Source: an uncultured Acidimicrobiia bacterium (GTDB lineage: Bacteria > Actinomycetota > Acidimicrobiia > IMCC26256 > JAENVU01). From it: a stretch of DNA of 64,000 bases. Under the pieces are notes generated by a model. That model saw nothing but the letters and a program-made list of their open reading frames with translations. It was not told the DNA's origin and did not search any database. The translations under genes were made by a program, and so were the position numbers. The stretch is taken from assembly GCA_963819945.1 (NCBI GenBank), contig CAWFYD010000004.1:189176-253175 (forward strand), given 5' to 3'. Of the stretch, positions 33,450 to 43,743 are shown piece after piece; position 1 is the stretch's first letter, and the number at the start of each line of letters is the position of its first letter.

Positions 33450-33583
33450 GCGGAGCCCGCGTGCGGGGTCTGATCCTCGAGGGGTCGCGCATGAGGCAGC
33501 GTGCGGCAAACGCGCGGCTCAAGTGTGGCCCGTTGACGCCCGATGAACGGGCAGGTGGGGCGGGTCCCCAGGAGGGATCAGAC

Positions 33584-33862
33584 ATGCCGAACGCATCGAC
33601 AGCCGCAGTGAAGCGAGGGTGGGAGATCTTCCGGGCCCAGCCGCGACGCGCATCTCTCGAGGAGATCAACGAGCGGCTCGCAGCCGAAGGGCTTGCGCCG
33701 CCGGACGTCTCGGTCCGCAGCTTTCGGCACTACCGCGCGATGGACGCCCGCGGCATCGTCGACTACATGACGATCAATGAGTTCGATCAGTGGAGCAAGG
33801 CGCATCGCTTCGACAACGGCACCGGCCCGAGCGAACCGAGCGCCGTTCGTGAGACCTCATAG
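33584..33862 (+). CDS. Hypothetical protein (92 aa)
   Basis: AGGAGGG SD before ATG; MPNASTAAVKRGWEIFR...SLEEINERL...RSFRHYRAM. Confidence 0.6.
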   Translation: MPNASTAAVKRGWEIFRAQPRRASLEEINERLAAEGLAPPDVSVRSFRHYRAMDARGIVDYMTINEFDQWSKAHRFDNGTGPSEPSAVRETS

Positions 33863-33923
33863 ACCCAGTCGGGCTGGCCGCACCGTTCGGGACGACGCGC
33901 TGCGGATCCGGCCGGACCGCTGA

Positions 33924-34839
33924 TCATCGTCGATCAGCGACCGCGCCGCCGGGCGTGACCGTCTCACCCTGCATCCCGGCTGCGAAGCTCGCGGTCGCTT
34001 GCAGCGCCACGATCTCGCTCGGCATCTCGATGCCGGCCTCGTCGAAGCTGCGCTTGACCGCACCGATTGCCCGGTCGAGCACGATGCGGCTCTCGTTCTG
34101 GTTGGACGCCGACCAGTATCGGATCTCGATGTCGACGGTGGAGGCGGCGAGCTCGACGAGGAACGCCTCGACGGGAAGCGATCGGTCAACACCTTCGACA
34201 CCGGAGACGGCGTCCACCGCTCGCGCGCGCGAGGTCGATGTCGGCTTCGTACGCCACGCCGACGATGAAGCTCGTGCGGCGCCGAGGGCTCGCCGTCTGG
34301 ATGTAGACGGCGCTCTTGTACACGTCGGCATTCGGGATGAGGATCCGTTCACCGGCGAATGTGGTGAGGACGGTTTCGCGGATCGTGATCCGCTCGACAG
34401 TTCCCTCGTGCTCGCCCACGCGGATCTGATCGCCCCCGACAAAGGGCTGGCGAAACAGCAGCAGGATCCCCGCAAGGAGGTTCTCGAGGATGTCCTGGAA
34501 CGCGAAGCCAATCGCGACCGAGAAGAAACCCAGGCCGGCGAGCAGGTCCACCGGCTTGACCGAGGGGAAGGTCACGGCGAGCGCGAGCAGGACGCCGACC
34601 GTCGTGATCGCCCACCCGGTGAGCTTGGCCATCACCGTAGAGAAGCTCGGCGTGTGCCGGTGCTCGAGCACGGTTCGGATGGCGGCCCGCGCGCCACGAC
34701 CGAGCGCCCACGCGGCGACGATGACCACGACGGCGATGCCGATCCGGGGAAGCGCTCGGACGGTCGAGTCCCAGATGTTGGACGCGGAGCGCGACACCTC
34801 TTGGGTCGTCGCGGCCGCGAGGAGAGCGATGGTGCTCAG
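33924..34839 (-). CDS. Small-conductance mechanosensitive channel (MscS family), frameshifted
   Basis: LAGLGFFSVAIGFAFQDILENLLAGILLL..QPFVGGDQI..GTVERITIRET..GERILIPN. Confidence 0.9.
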
Positions 34840-35024
34840 CCCCGGTCGCGAGCGGCAACGACCACGAAGTGCTGCACCGCGCCGATCCGCGTCGCGGACG
34901 TCTTCGAGACCACGGGAATCCCTCGGGTTTCGCTGAACGTGCTCATCAGTCGCCGTGCCACCACGACTGCGATCGCCAATATCGCCGCACCCGATCGCCG
35001 CATGATCCAGAGCGTTGTGTCCAC
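34836..35024 (-). CDS. Small membrane hypothetical protein upstream of mscS
   Basis: AGAAGGT SD-like motif, then GTG-DTTLWI...AAILAIAVVV; stop overlaps the mscS start region. Confidence 0.35.
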   Translation of the reverse strand: MDTTLWIMRRSGAAILAIAVVVARRLMSTFSETRGIPVVSKTSATRIGAVQHFVVVAARDRG

Positions 35025-35057
35025 GCCGATACCTTCTCTTCTCGGGTTGCCATCGGG

Positions 35058-35084
35058 ATACCCAACGAACACGCCCGACAAACC
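35058..35084 (-). promoter_or_regulatory. SigF/SigB-type stress promoter for the small ORF and mscS
   Basis: Minus strand GGTTT-N16-GGGTAT. Confidence 0.6.
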
Positions 35085-35150
35085 GCGGCCATCTGCTGGC
35101 GCGCCGTCTGCGTGACAGCGGGCACGTCCACGCGCGGTGCTGACGGTGGC

Positions 35151-35822
35151 TCAGCCCACCGCCACGACCACCAGGTCGGACATCTTCGTGATCCCTGCCG
35201 CACTGAGGTGCAGGCCGTCGGTGTGAAGACTCGCGTTGTAGGTCGAGCCGCCGAACGCCGTCCAGGCGTCGATCAGGCCACCCGGCGGCGCTATTCGCCG
35301 GTAGATGCCGTTGATGGTGGGAATCAGGGTGCGCTGCGGATCATGCACCGCGCTGACGGTCGGGTTCAGCAGCCAGAGGAATCGCGCGCCCTTCTTCACG
35401 AGCGCGGCCTGGTTCACCTTCGCGGCTTTCTCCCATTTGGCGAAGAACTTTGCTGACCCCTTGGTCAGCACCGGTTTGCACGGCGGGATCCCGAGATACG
35501 TGAGGAGTCCGTAGTTGCCGGTGTTCTCGAAGACCACCACGTCGGGATCCACTGCCTTGAGCAGAATCTTCGCCGCCTTCGCCCGGCATTCGTTGACATC
35601 GAGAATGCTGCTCCCGCGGACTCCCGCCACCGTCACCTGGTAACCCTTGGCCGCGAGCTTGGCGGCAGCTTCGCCCTGATACCCGACGGTGATCGAGTCC
35701 CCGAGGAGCAGCACTCGGAGCGGCCCCGGTTTGCGAACCTTGACGCGATCCACTGCGCCCGCGGGGGTCGCGGGTACTGCGAAGAGCGCGCAGACCACGC
35801 ATGCTGCGAGCGCGGCGCTCAT
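35151..35822 (-). CDS. Secreted SGNH/GDSL hydrolase
   Basis: Signal peptide (AGA); VLLLGDSI, ENTGN, DGLHLS. Confidence 0.85.
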   Translation of the reverse strand: MSAALAACVVCALFAVPATPAGAVDRVKVRKPGPLRVLLLGDSITVGYQGEAAAKLAAKGYQVTVAGVRGSSILDVNECRAKAAKILLKAVDPDVVVFENTGNYGLLTYLGIPPCKPVLTKGSAKFFAKWEKAAKVNQAALVKKGARFLWLLNPTVSAVHDPQRTLIPTINGIYRRIAPPGGLIDAWTAFGGSTYNASLHTDGLHLSAAGITKMSDLVVVAVG

Positions 35823-36047
35823 CACGCGCAAGCTATGAAGTTTGCGCCTGCCCATCTGCGCTCCCCGGTCGGGACGCCACGGTATTCGGGCAATCGGTGC
35901 GGAGCAACAGCAGGCGATCGATCCAGACGGTCGGCGTCACGCTGGCGCCGGAACCGGCGATGCGGACAGCTAATCAAGGGTCCCGTTCGCCGCTCGCGCC
36001 GAAACGGCGGCAATCGGGCTGGCAGAATGCTCTGATGTCGCAGCCGC

Positions 36048-37920
36048 GTGAGAATTCCGCACGTCGGGGCGCTGGACGGGCTGCGCGGGATGGCGGTGGC
36101 AGGGGTGCTGCTCTTCCACGGCGGCCACCTCACCGGCGGGTACCTGGGCGTGGACCTGTTCTTCGTGCTGTCCGGGTTCCTGATCACCTCGTTGTTGCTG
36201 GCCGAGTCCCGCTCGTCACAGCGGATCGCGCTCGGCGGGTTCTGGGCCCGACGGGCCCGTCGCCTGCTCCCCGCGCTCGGCGGCCTGCTGCTCGGCGTGG
36301 CCCTCTACTGCCTGATCATCGCGGCCCCCGACGAGCTCGCGCGGATCCGGGACGACGCGCTCGCCACGGTCGGCTACGTCGCCAACTGGCGATCGATCTT
36401 CGGCGGCCAGGACTACTGGGCGCTCTTCACCTCGCCTTCGCCGCTTGGAGCACACCTGGAGCCTCGCGATCGAAGAGCAGTTCTATCTGGTGTGGCCCCT
36501 CGTCTTCGTCGGGCTGCTCGCCTGGTGGCGCGACAACACGCCCAAGGCCGTCCTCGTCGACGTCGCTGGTCCTCGCCGCCGCATCCACGGCGCTCATGTT
36601 CGCTGCTCTACGACCCGATCGACGTCAGCCGCGCCTATTACGGCACCGACACCCGCGCCACCGCGCATCCTCCTCGGCGCCGCGCTCGCGTCCTGGCTCA
36701 CCATCTGGGGCCCGGTTCACGCCCAGCTCTCGCGCATCGCGCTCGAGCTCGTCGGTCTTGCGGGCGTAGCCGTCCTGGCAATCGAGTGGACGCGACTCGA
36801 CGGCCAGGACCGCTTCTTGTATCGGGGCGGATTCCTCTTGTGCGGTCTCGCCGCGACCGCGGTCATCGCGGCCGCCGCCCACCCCCGCACCGGACCCGTC
36901 TCGTGGGTGTTCAACTTCCGGCCCCTTCGGCTGCTCGGACTCATCAGCTACGGCGTGTACCTCTGGCACTGGCCAGTCGACATCGTCGTCAACCCGGACC
37001 GGACCGGGCTCGACGGATGGGGGCTCTTTGCCGTCCAGTGCGCGGTCACGCTCGCCATCGCCGTCGCCTCCTACTTCCTCATCGAGATGCCGGTCCGCCG
37101 GGGCGCGCTCACCCGTCGCCAGTGGACCATCCTGACCCCCGCACTCGCGGCCGCGTTGGTCGTCCTCGTCGTCCTCACCACTGCGGGTGCCGAGTCCGCG
37201 AACATCGCGGGAGCGGGCGAGCCGGATCATCGGGCGGACGCCACCGGCGCTGATCGGGTCTTGGTGTTGGGCGACTCCGTTACCCAGACCCTCGCTCCAG
37301 GGTTGCGCACCGCAGGGATCAACCCCGTCGACCGCGGCCGCCCCGGCTGTCGCCTGATGGAGGGGGAGACCTCCTTCAAGCTCAATTTCGTCAGCTATTG
37401 CGACTACGCGGACCGGTTCGGGCGCCTGGTCAAGCAGATCCAACCGACCGCGGTCCTTCTGATGCTCCCGACCTGGGACCTCCTCGACCTGAAGCCACCT
37501 GGCGCGGCGCGGTTTCTCGTGCCGGGAACCGCGGCGTGGGCCGCCCACTACGAGTCGGAGCTCACGCGCATCGTGTCGCGCCTCGGCTCCCATGGTGCGT
37601 TGGTGGTCGTACCGACCATCCCCTTCAGCGGCTCGGCACCCCATGCCGACTCCGTGGCCGGCGAGACGAGCTTCAACGCGCCGCGCGTCCGCGCGGCCAA
37701 CGTGGTGCTCGCCGGGTTCGCCGCCCGCCACCCCGACCTGGTCAAGAGCCCCGACTTGAACCGGTTCCTCTCGCCGCACGGGCACTACCAGAAGGGCCTC
37801 GGCAAGGTCGCAGACGTCCGGCCGGACGGCATGCACTACTCACCCGAAGGTTCGGATCTCGTCGGCGCCTGGCTCGCGCCGACACTTCGCGCCGCTCGGA
37901 CCCCATCGGTCACCGGCTGA
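36048..37920 (+). CDS. Acyltransferase-3 fused to an SGNH domain (OafA/OatA-like), frameshifted
   Basis: LDGLRGMAV, GVDLFFVLSGFLIT, HTWSLAIEEQFY, SYGVYLWHWP; C-terminal VLGDS...PDGMHYS. Confidence 0.9.
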
Positions 37921-37954
37921 TTCGCGTCGTGGTGCGTCTCGGAACCGGCCGGGC

Positions 37955-38651
37955 TCAGAGCCCCGGTCCGTGTCCGAAGCAGCTCTCGGGAACGGTCCCG
38001 TTCGTGCTACTGGTCGGTCTCATCGGGACACACGGTCTGGCTCCACGTCACCCCGGACATGTTCGCGCCGGAGAAGTCCGCGTTCGCGAGATTCGCGTTG
38101 CTCAGGTTCGCATTGCTCAGGTTCGCGTTCCACAGCACCGCCTGCTCGAGGTTCGCCCATTGCAGGTTCGCGAAGCTGAGATTCGTGTTGGCCGCCTCCG
38201 CGTAGGTCAGATGCGCGTGGTACAGGTTCGCGTAGGAGAGGTCCACACCGCTCAGGCACATCGGCATGAAGACGTCGTGAAGGTTCATTCCGACGAAGTC
38301 GTTCGTCGTACCGCTGCACGCGGTCCCTCCGAACATGAGGTCGTGATAGCGCTGCGCGGCCGCAGTCTCGTCTGGCTCGCCGCAAGCTGACCCTGGCTCA
38401 CCGCCAGCTGGTTCGTGAGCGCCACCGTGGCGCCGTGGTTGTCCCAGGTGGCGACAGTCCCCTTCCCCTTCTTCGTGCACTTCGCCACTCCGGCTGAGGT
38501 GATCACCTTGACCTTGCCGTTGCGCGCCTAGCGTGCACGTCGTGATGCTCGACGGCGCGCCGCCCGCGACCGAGAACCCACCCCACGCCACCACGAGCCC
38601 GATGACCACTCCGAGCGCAATCCACTGCCCCCGCTTCGCCTTCGATCCCAT
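37955..38651 (-). CDS. Secreted pentapeptide-repeat protein, frameshifted
   Basis: Leader MGSKAKRGQWIALG...WGGF; AKCTKKGKG; A(N/D)Lxx repeats; C-terminal TVCPD...SCFGH after one indel correction. Confidence 0.85.
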
Positions 38652-38920
38652 GTCCCTGCCTCCCTCATCGCATTGCTGACGAATGTATGACCAGGCCCGA
38701 GGTCGGTCCAGGGCCAGAAGACACTCCTCGGCGGCGACGCGCACGTCCGTCGTCCCGCAGCGACCGCCGCCGAAGGAGCACGAGGTCCGGCCCGACGGCG
38801 GGTGAGAAACACGCGGAGCGTGGCCATAGCCACAGTCAGCGTGAAACGGTGCCGTCCCGAACCGTCGACGTCGCCGCACCGGTGCATAGTTGCGCCACCG
38901 GTACCGGCGAGGGGTCGAGG

Positions 38921-40249
38921 GTGGCGAAAGACCAACAACGACGCGGGGTCCGCGTCGCAGCGCGTCCGAGTGGTCGCGGTGATCGGCGTGGTGGCGCTCG
39001 CCTCGACTGGCTGCGCGTGGGTCTCTCGGGCGAGCGTCTCGAGCACCGGCGAACCAGCGGACAGCAGAGCGCCGACGGTTTCGCCGCCGGCGATCAGCGC
39101 TGACGGGCGCTACATCGCGTTCGACACGATCGCTGGGAACCTGGTGGCCGGGAGCCGAAGACGGTGGAGTGCTCGTCCGCGACACCCGTGCCGGTACCAA
39201 CTCGGCAGCATCGGTCCGCGCCAACGGCACCATCGACGATTTCGCCGACACGCCGGCCATCAGTGGAGATGGCCGCTACGTAGCGTTCGTCTCGGACGAC
39301 CGAGATCTCGTCGCCGGGGGCAACGACAACTTCTACCAAGTGTTCTTGCGCGACCGCACGACCGGCGTGACGACCAGGGTCTCGTCCAAGCCGAACGGGA
39401 ACCAGGGCACCGATGACAGCGACTCCCCCTCGCTGAGCTACGACGGACGCTACATCGCATTCGAGTCCGACTCAGCAGGACTCGTAGCGGGCGACACGAA
39501 TGATTGGACAGACGTCTTCGTACGCGACCGGGCTACTAACACCATCCGGCGAGTCAGTCTCACCTCCGACCGGCGCGGAAGCCGACCTCGGTGGCGAAAG
39601 TCCCTCGATCAGCGGTAACGGAAACGTCGTCGCGTTCTCGAGCGGTGACGCGCTCGTTGCATCCGACACGAACAATGTGAGCGACATCTACGTGCGCAAC
39701 ATCGCCGCGAACACCACGACGCTTGTGAGCGTCGCCACCAATGGGGTCCGTGCGAACAGCGCGAGTGGTTCGCCGAAGATCAGCGCGAACGGCCGGTTCG
39801 TCGCGTTCACGTCGCTGGCCACCAACCTCGACGGAATCGCCGACACCAACAGCGCGCCCGACGTATTCGTCCGCGACCTGCTCACCGGAACCACGCAACG
39901 CGCCAGCTTGAGCGCCACTGGAGGTCTCGCCCACGGGCGGTCCTCCCAGGCCTCGATCAGCGGTGACGGACGCTTCGTCAGCTACGAATCATCGGCTGCG
40001 GACGCGGTGAGCCAAGACACCAACGGCGTCGCGGACGCGTTCGTGCTTGACCGCGCCACCGCGACGACCAGCCGGATCAGCACCGACCAGCTCGGCGCCC
40101 AGCTCCCCGAAGGCGGCACCCGGCCCGTCGTCAGCGCCGACGGGCGCTTCGTCACCTTCGCCAGCGACGCACAGTTCAGCGGCCAGCCGCGCAGCACCAG
40201 CGGCCAGCTCTACGTTCGGCTCACCACCCCGAGTCCAACACCCCCGTGA
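38921..40249 (+). CDS. Secreted TolB/PD40-like beta-propeller repeat protein, frameshifted
   Basis: About six repeats of P(A/S)IS(A/G)DGR(Y/F)VAF...DTN...DVFVRD; N-terminal LASTGC. Confidence 0.85.
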
Positions 40250-40426
40250 CCTCAAGCGACTCGGTCCCGTCTGCAGTCGATCCGCGCGCAGGACTCGAGC
40301 AATCCGCGCGTCCCCGCCCGGTCCTCGTCGCCGAGGTCGGGCGGCGTGTGGGCGCCCCCTAGCCAAGCGGTCCTGTTCGCGGTTATTGTCCGAAACGCGT
40401 TTGGGCCACAATCTGGGGGCAGGGAT

Positions 40427-41131
40427 ATGGGTGCGCAGCCGAAGCGGGGACGCTGGATCGCGGTGGGCCTCGCCGTCGGACTGGTTATGGCCTGGGGTGG
40501 GTTCACGGTGGCGCAGGCGGTGATCCCAGCGCCGGGTGGCGTCATCAAGGGTTGCTATAAGAAGAGCGGCAACCTGCGCGTCGTCGAGAGCAGCGCGACG
40601 TGCAAGGCGGGGAAGGAAACCGCGATCCAGTGGAACCAGACGGGACCGACGGGACCCGCAGGACCAAGCTCAGGCTTGGGTGACCTCTTCGCCGCCGCAA
40701 CGTTCCGCTACACACACCAAGGGTGCAGTAGCACCGCCTATCGGATCGAGATGGTGCGCACATGGGGCCAGCCGCTCTCTCTCCTCAGCAACTCATGTCA
40801 AACGCCAACCGATCAGGGCTCGGGCTACTTCTTCATGAGCAGCACCGCGGTATTGGCTACCGCAACCACTACCAACGACCTGGTCATCGCTCCGCAAGCC
40901 CAGGGGCCTTATCAGATCGGTCCGTCGGGAATGGTCGACCCGCAGCGAACGAACAACCCCATCTGGAGCAGCGGTACTGCGTCCGCCAACTGCGGGGCGA
41001 GTTGGGTACCCGCGGGTACCTACCAGTTCGCCGTCGGCTGTGCGCTCAGCGCGACATCGACACAGCTTGCGAGCATCGCCCAGACTCCCGAAAGCGCGGC
41101 GATCGTGCTGCTACGCCTTCCCAGCAATTGA
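40427..41131 (+). CDS. Secreted hypothetical protein with a short Gly-X-Y linker
   Basis: Leader MGAQPKRGRWIAVG...WGGF; VIKGCYKKSGNLRVV...CKAGKETAIQWNQTGPTGPAGP. Confidence 0.75.
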   Translation: MGAQPKRGRWIAVGLAVGLVMAWGGFTVAQAVIPAPGGVIKGCYKKSGNLRVVESSATCKAGKETAIQWNQTGPTGPAGPSSGLGDLFAAATFRYTHQGCSSTAYRIEMVRTWGQPLSLLSNSCQTPTDQGSGYFFMSSTAVLATATTTNDLVIAPQAQGPYQIGPSGMVDPQRTNNPIWSSGTASANCGASWVPAGTYQFAVGCALSATSTQLASIAQTPESAAIVLLRLPSN

Positions 41132-41240
41132 TCGGTCAGGGATTGCACCGGCTTCGGGTGTACCCCACCTGTTCCGAGGCTGTGGGGGCGATACCGTGCT
41201 TCCGATGACCCGCTCATGGTGCGCTGACCTGCACGTTTCG

Positions 41241-41290
41241 TGGTCGGGCTGCCGGGACTCGAACCCGGGACCTTCGGTCCCCCAGACCGA
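41241..41290 (-). repeat. att site: 50-bp copy of the tRNA-Pro 3' end
   Basis: TGGTCGGGCTGCCGGGACTCGAACCCGGGACCTTCGGTCCCCCAGACCGA, identical to 50455-50504. Confidence 0.95.
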
Positions 41291-41598
41291 TTGAGACGTA
41301 CCCCCGCGTAGCGGGCCGCGCGCCGGATAGGGTGCTCTGATCGGCGACTTGAACCGATGTTGAACGTCTGTCGAGAGTTTCCGCCGACTGGCGTCTTCGT
41401 GCAGGGTCTGCAGCGGGACTAGGTCACTGCGACCCTCGACCTCGAACAGCATCCCGCTGTGTCCCGCTCGAACACGACCTCGCAGTACGGGCACTCGGAC
41501 CGGGCCGGCGCGCTCCCCATCTCCCGCTCGGGCACACTCGACCAGAGCGGCGGGCGGAGTTGCGGAGGTGTGCCGAGTTATTAGCGTAACGACCTTGG

Positions 41599-41985
41599 TC
41601 AGTGTGTCGTGAGACCGAACCGTTCCGCGAGGCCGAGCAATTTCCAACTCCAGGCGGACGCAGCGAGGCACCGCTGTCACCGGGAGTTCGATGCCTCGTT
41701 CCCGTGCGTGGTCGAAGGCTGCGATAAGCGCGGCGACTCCGGAGCTGTCCATGAACGTTACGTAGCCGAGATCCACCACCACGCCACGGAGCGGCAACGC
41801 CAGCACGGCAAGGATCTCGCGGCGCAACTCGGCGTGGTCGTGATGTTGATGTCGCCGCGGACACCCACGATCGCGTGTTCCTCGAAGTAGGCCACGTCGC
41901 AACGAAACTCGACGGCCGAAGGAAACGGCGGCGACTCGAAGAACTCGTTCGATGCTACGTCCGCATCGTCGGGCCAAACTGCCAT
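41599..41985 (-). CDS. STAS-domain anti-sigma-factor antagonist, frameshifted
   Basis: AIVGVRGDINITT..LRREIL..VVVDLGYVTFMDSSGVAALI. Confidence 0.8.
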
Positions 41986-42791
41986 AGCTAGAACCTCCGG
42001 GGTCTGGAGAGGTCACCAGGTAGGGCTGTCCAGTTTTGAAAGCGCTTGCCGGTATTTTGCATCCGTGAAGTACGGCGGACAAGCAGTTTCCTTGGGTTTT
42101 AGGCCCCGCGGTGCGTGTCGGTTGACCCGTCAAGTATCCACTGGTTACCGGCGCTTCACGGGGCCAGGTACATGCTCGGGCAGGTCGAGATCCCGCAACC
42201 GAGCGGCCGAAGCCAGTCTGACGATCACGTTCGGATCATCGTGTGGCGGTGGGATAGGAAAGGGGGCAGGTCCCCCTGGACGTTCCGTCACGGGCAGGGT
42301 CTGATGGAACATCGACAGGGGTTCCCGCCCGACTACCACAATACCCAGCATCCGAAGTCCAACACCACGGTGTCCGGGCTTGGTGATTGACCGCGGGCGT
42401 ACCGTTTGGTCTACCCGGCGGCCAACGTCTAGACCTCGCGGTCTGCCCGGGACATTGGGGCCTCGACGCGTAGAGAGTCCTCGGCCGTGGCGATTCGCCT
42501 GTTGACCCTGGGCGTACGTTCCGCGAACACGCAGAGCGCCATCCCGTACTGCGTTCCCAGCACTTCGGGGACACGGCCATGCGGGCGTTCGAGGTCCCCG
42601 GCTCACCCATTCTCGGGTCGGGGGCCTCGGCGCGTCCAGAAACTTCAGCTCTGGATCTCTCGCAGCATCCCGCTGGCGTCGCTCTCGAACGTGACCTCGC
42701 GGTGCGGGCAACAGCATCGGGTCGGCGTGCTGGCCCGCGAGACCTCGGGAGTCTTGCGCTCCTGTAGTGGCGCGGTCAGGTACCGGGAGCG

Positions 42792-42834
42792 CATGAGTAA
42801 GGCGTTGTCCGCCATGAGTAGCGCGTTACTCATG
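42792..42834. promoter_or_regulatory. Candidate operator: CATGAGTA direct and inverted repeats
   Basis: CATGAGTA at 42792 and 42813 (21-bp period) and TACTCATG at 42827, about 57 bp upstream of the 42892 ATG. Confidence 0.55.
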
Positions 42835-42891
42835 ACACGTGCGGATCGTTCCGTGAGGCTGTCGGGGTCAGTGTCGATCTGGGAGACGGTC

Positions 42892-43539
42892 ATGGCAAAG
42901 GTGCACGGCAGGAAACGGTGGGCCGCGTTGGGTCTGGTCGTCGGCGTGGTGGCGACGTGGGGCGGCTTCGGGCTGGTGGAGGCGGCGACAACCGCGCCGG
43001 CGACGGTGATCACATGCACCAAGGTGAAGAACGGGAAGACAAAGACCATCGACGCGGGAAAGGTGGCGAAGTGCACCAAGAAGGGCAAGGGGATCACGAA
43101 GAACTTCGTGGACTCGCGGTACCAAACCTTGCTGACTTACTCAGGCGGCGGCGCCAACTTCAACGGTATGGCTCTCCAGGACGTGAACCTCACTGGCCGC
43201 TACCTCTCCTATGCGAACTTCTCCGGATCGAACATGTCGAACGCGATATTTCAAGACGCGAGCACTAACTTGGTCGACTTCTCTGGCGCCAACCTGTTTC
43301 AGGCCGATTTCACCGGTGCCACAATAAGCTTCCAACCGAACTTCACAGGCGCCTATCTGTTGGGTGCGGACTTCGGTTTCGCGGTCGTCAGTGCCGCTGT
43401 TTTCACGAACGCGAATCTGGCGTTCGCGAACTTCGGCGGCGCCACCGTCTTCAACAACCAGGTCTTCAACAACACGATCTGTCCCAACGGCTCGAACAGC
43501 AACGATCACGGCGGCACCTGCATCGGCTTCGGAATGTGA
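42892..43539 (+). CDS. Secreted pentapeptide-repeat protein
   Basis: Leader MAKVHGRKRWAALG...WGGF; AKCTKKGKG; A(N/D)F repeats; C-terminal TICPNGSNS...GTCIG. Confidence 0.9.
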   Translation: MAKVHGRKRWAALGLVVGVVATWGGFGLVEAATTAPATVITCTKVKNGKTKTIDAGKVAKCTKKGKGITKNFVDSRYQTLLTYSGGGANFNGMALQDVNLTGRYLSYANFSGSNMSNAIFQDASTNLVDFSGANLFQADFTGATISFQPNFTGAYLLGADFGFAVVSAAVFTNANLAFANFGGATVFNNQVFNNTICPNGSNSNDHGGTCIGFGM

Positions 43540-43743
43540 CCGACTGACTGCCAGCCGCTTCTGCCGACGGCGCGGCGGAGCCTCACTCGACAGTGCCCCC
43601 GAACCCGGCGAGGAAGTAGCCGAGGTTCGGGGGCATCGTCGTAGGGGCGCAGGGGTGGCACCTGGCGCTTCACGATTCGGTGCGGGCGGAAGGTGGAGGT
43701 TCCCAGCGTGTCTCGTCGCCGGCCTCCCGCCCGCACACGATCG

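Noticed and set aside
37955-43539. Pentapeptide proteins as Qnr/MfpA quinolone-resistance genes
   Set aside because: Both have export leaders and Cys caps, unlike cytoplasmic gyrase-protecting proteins
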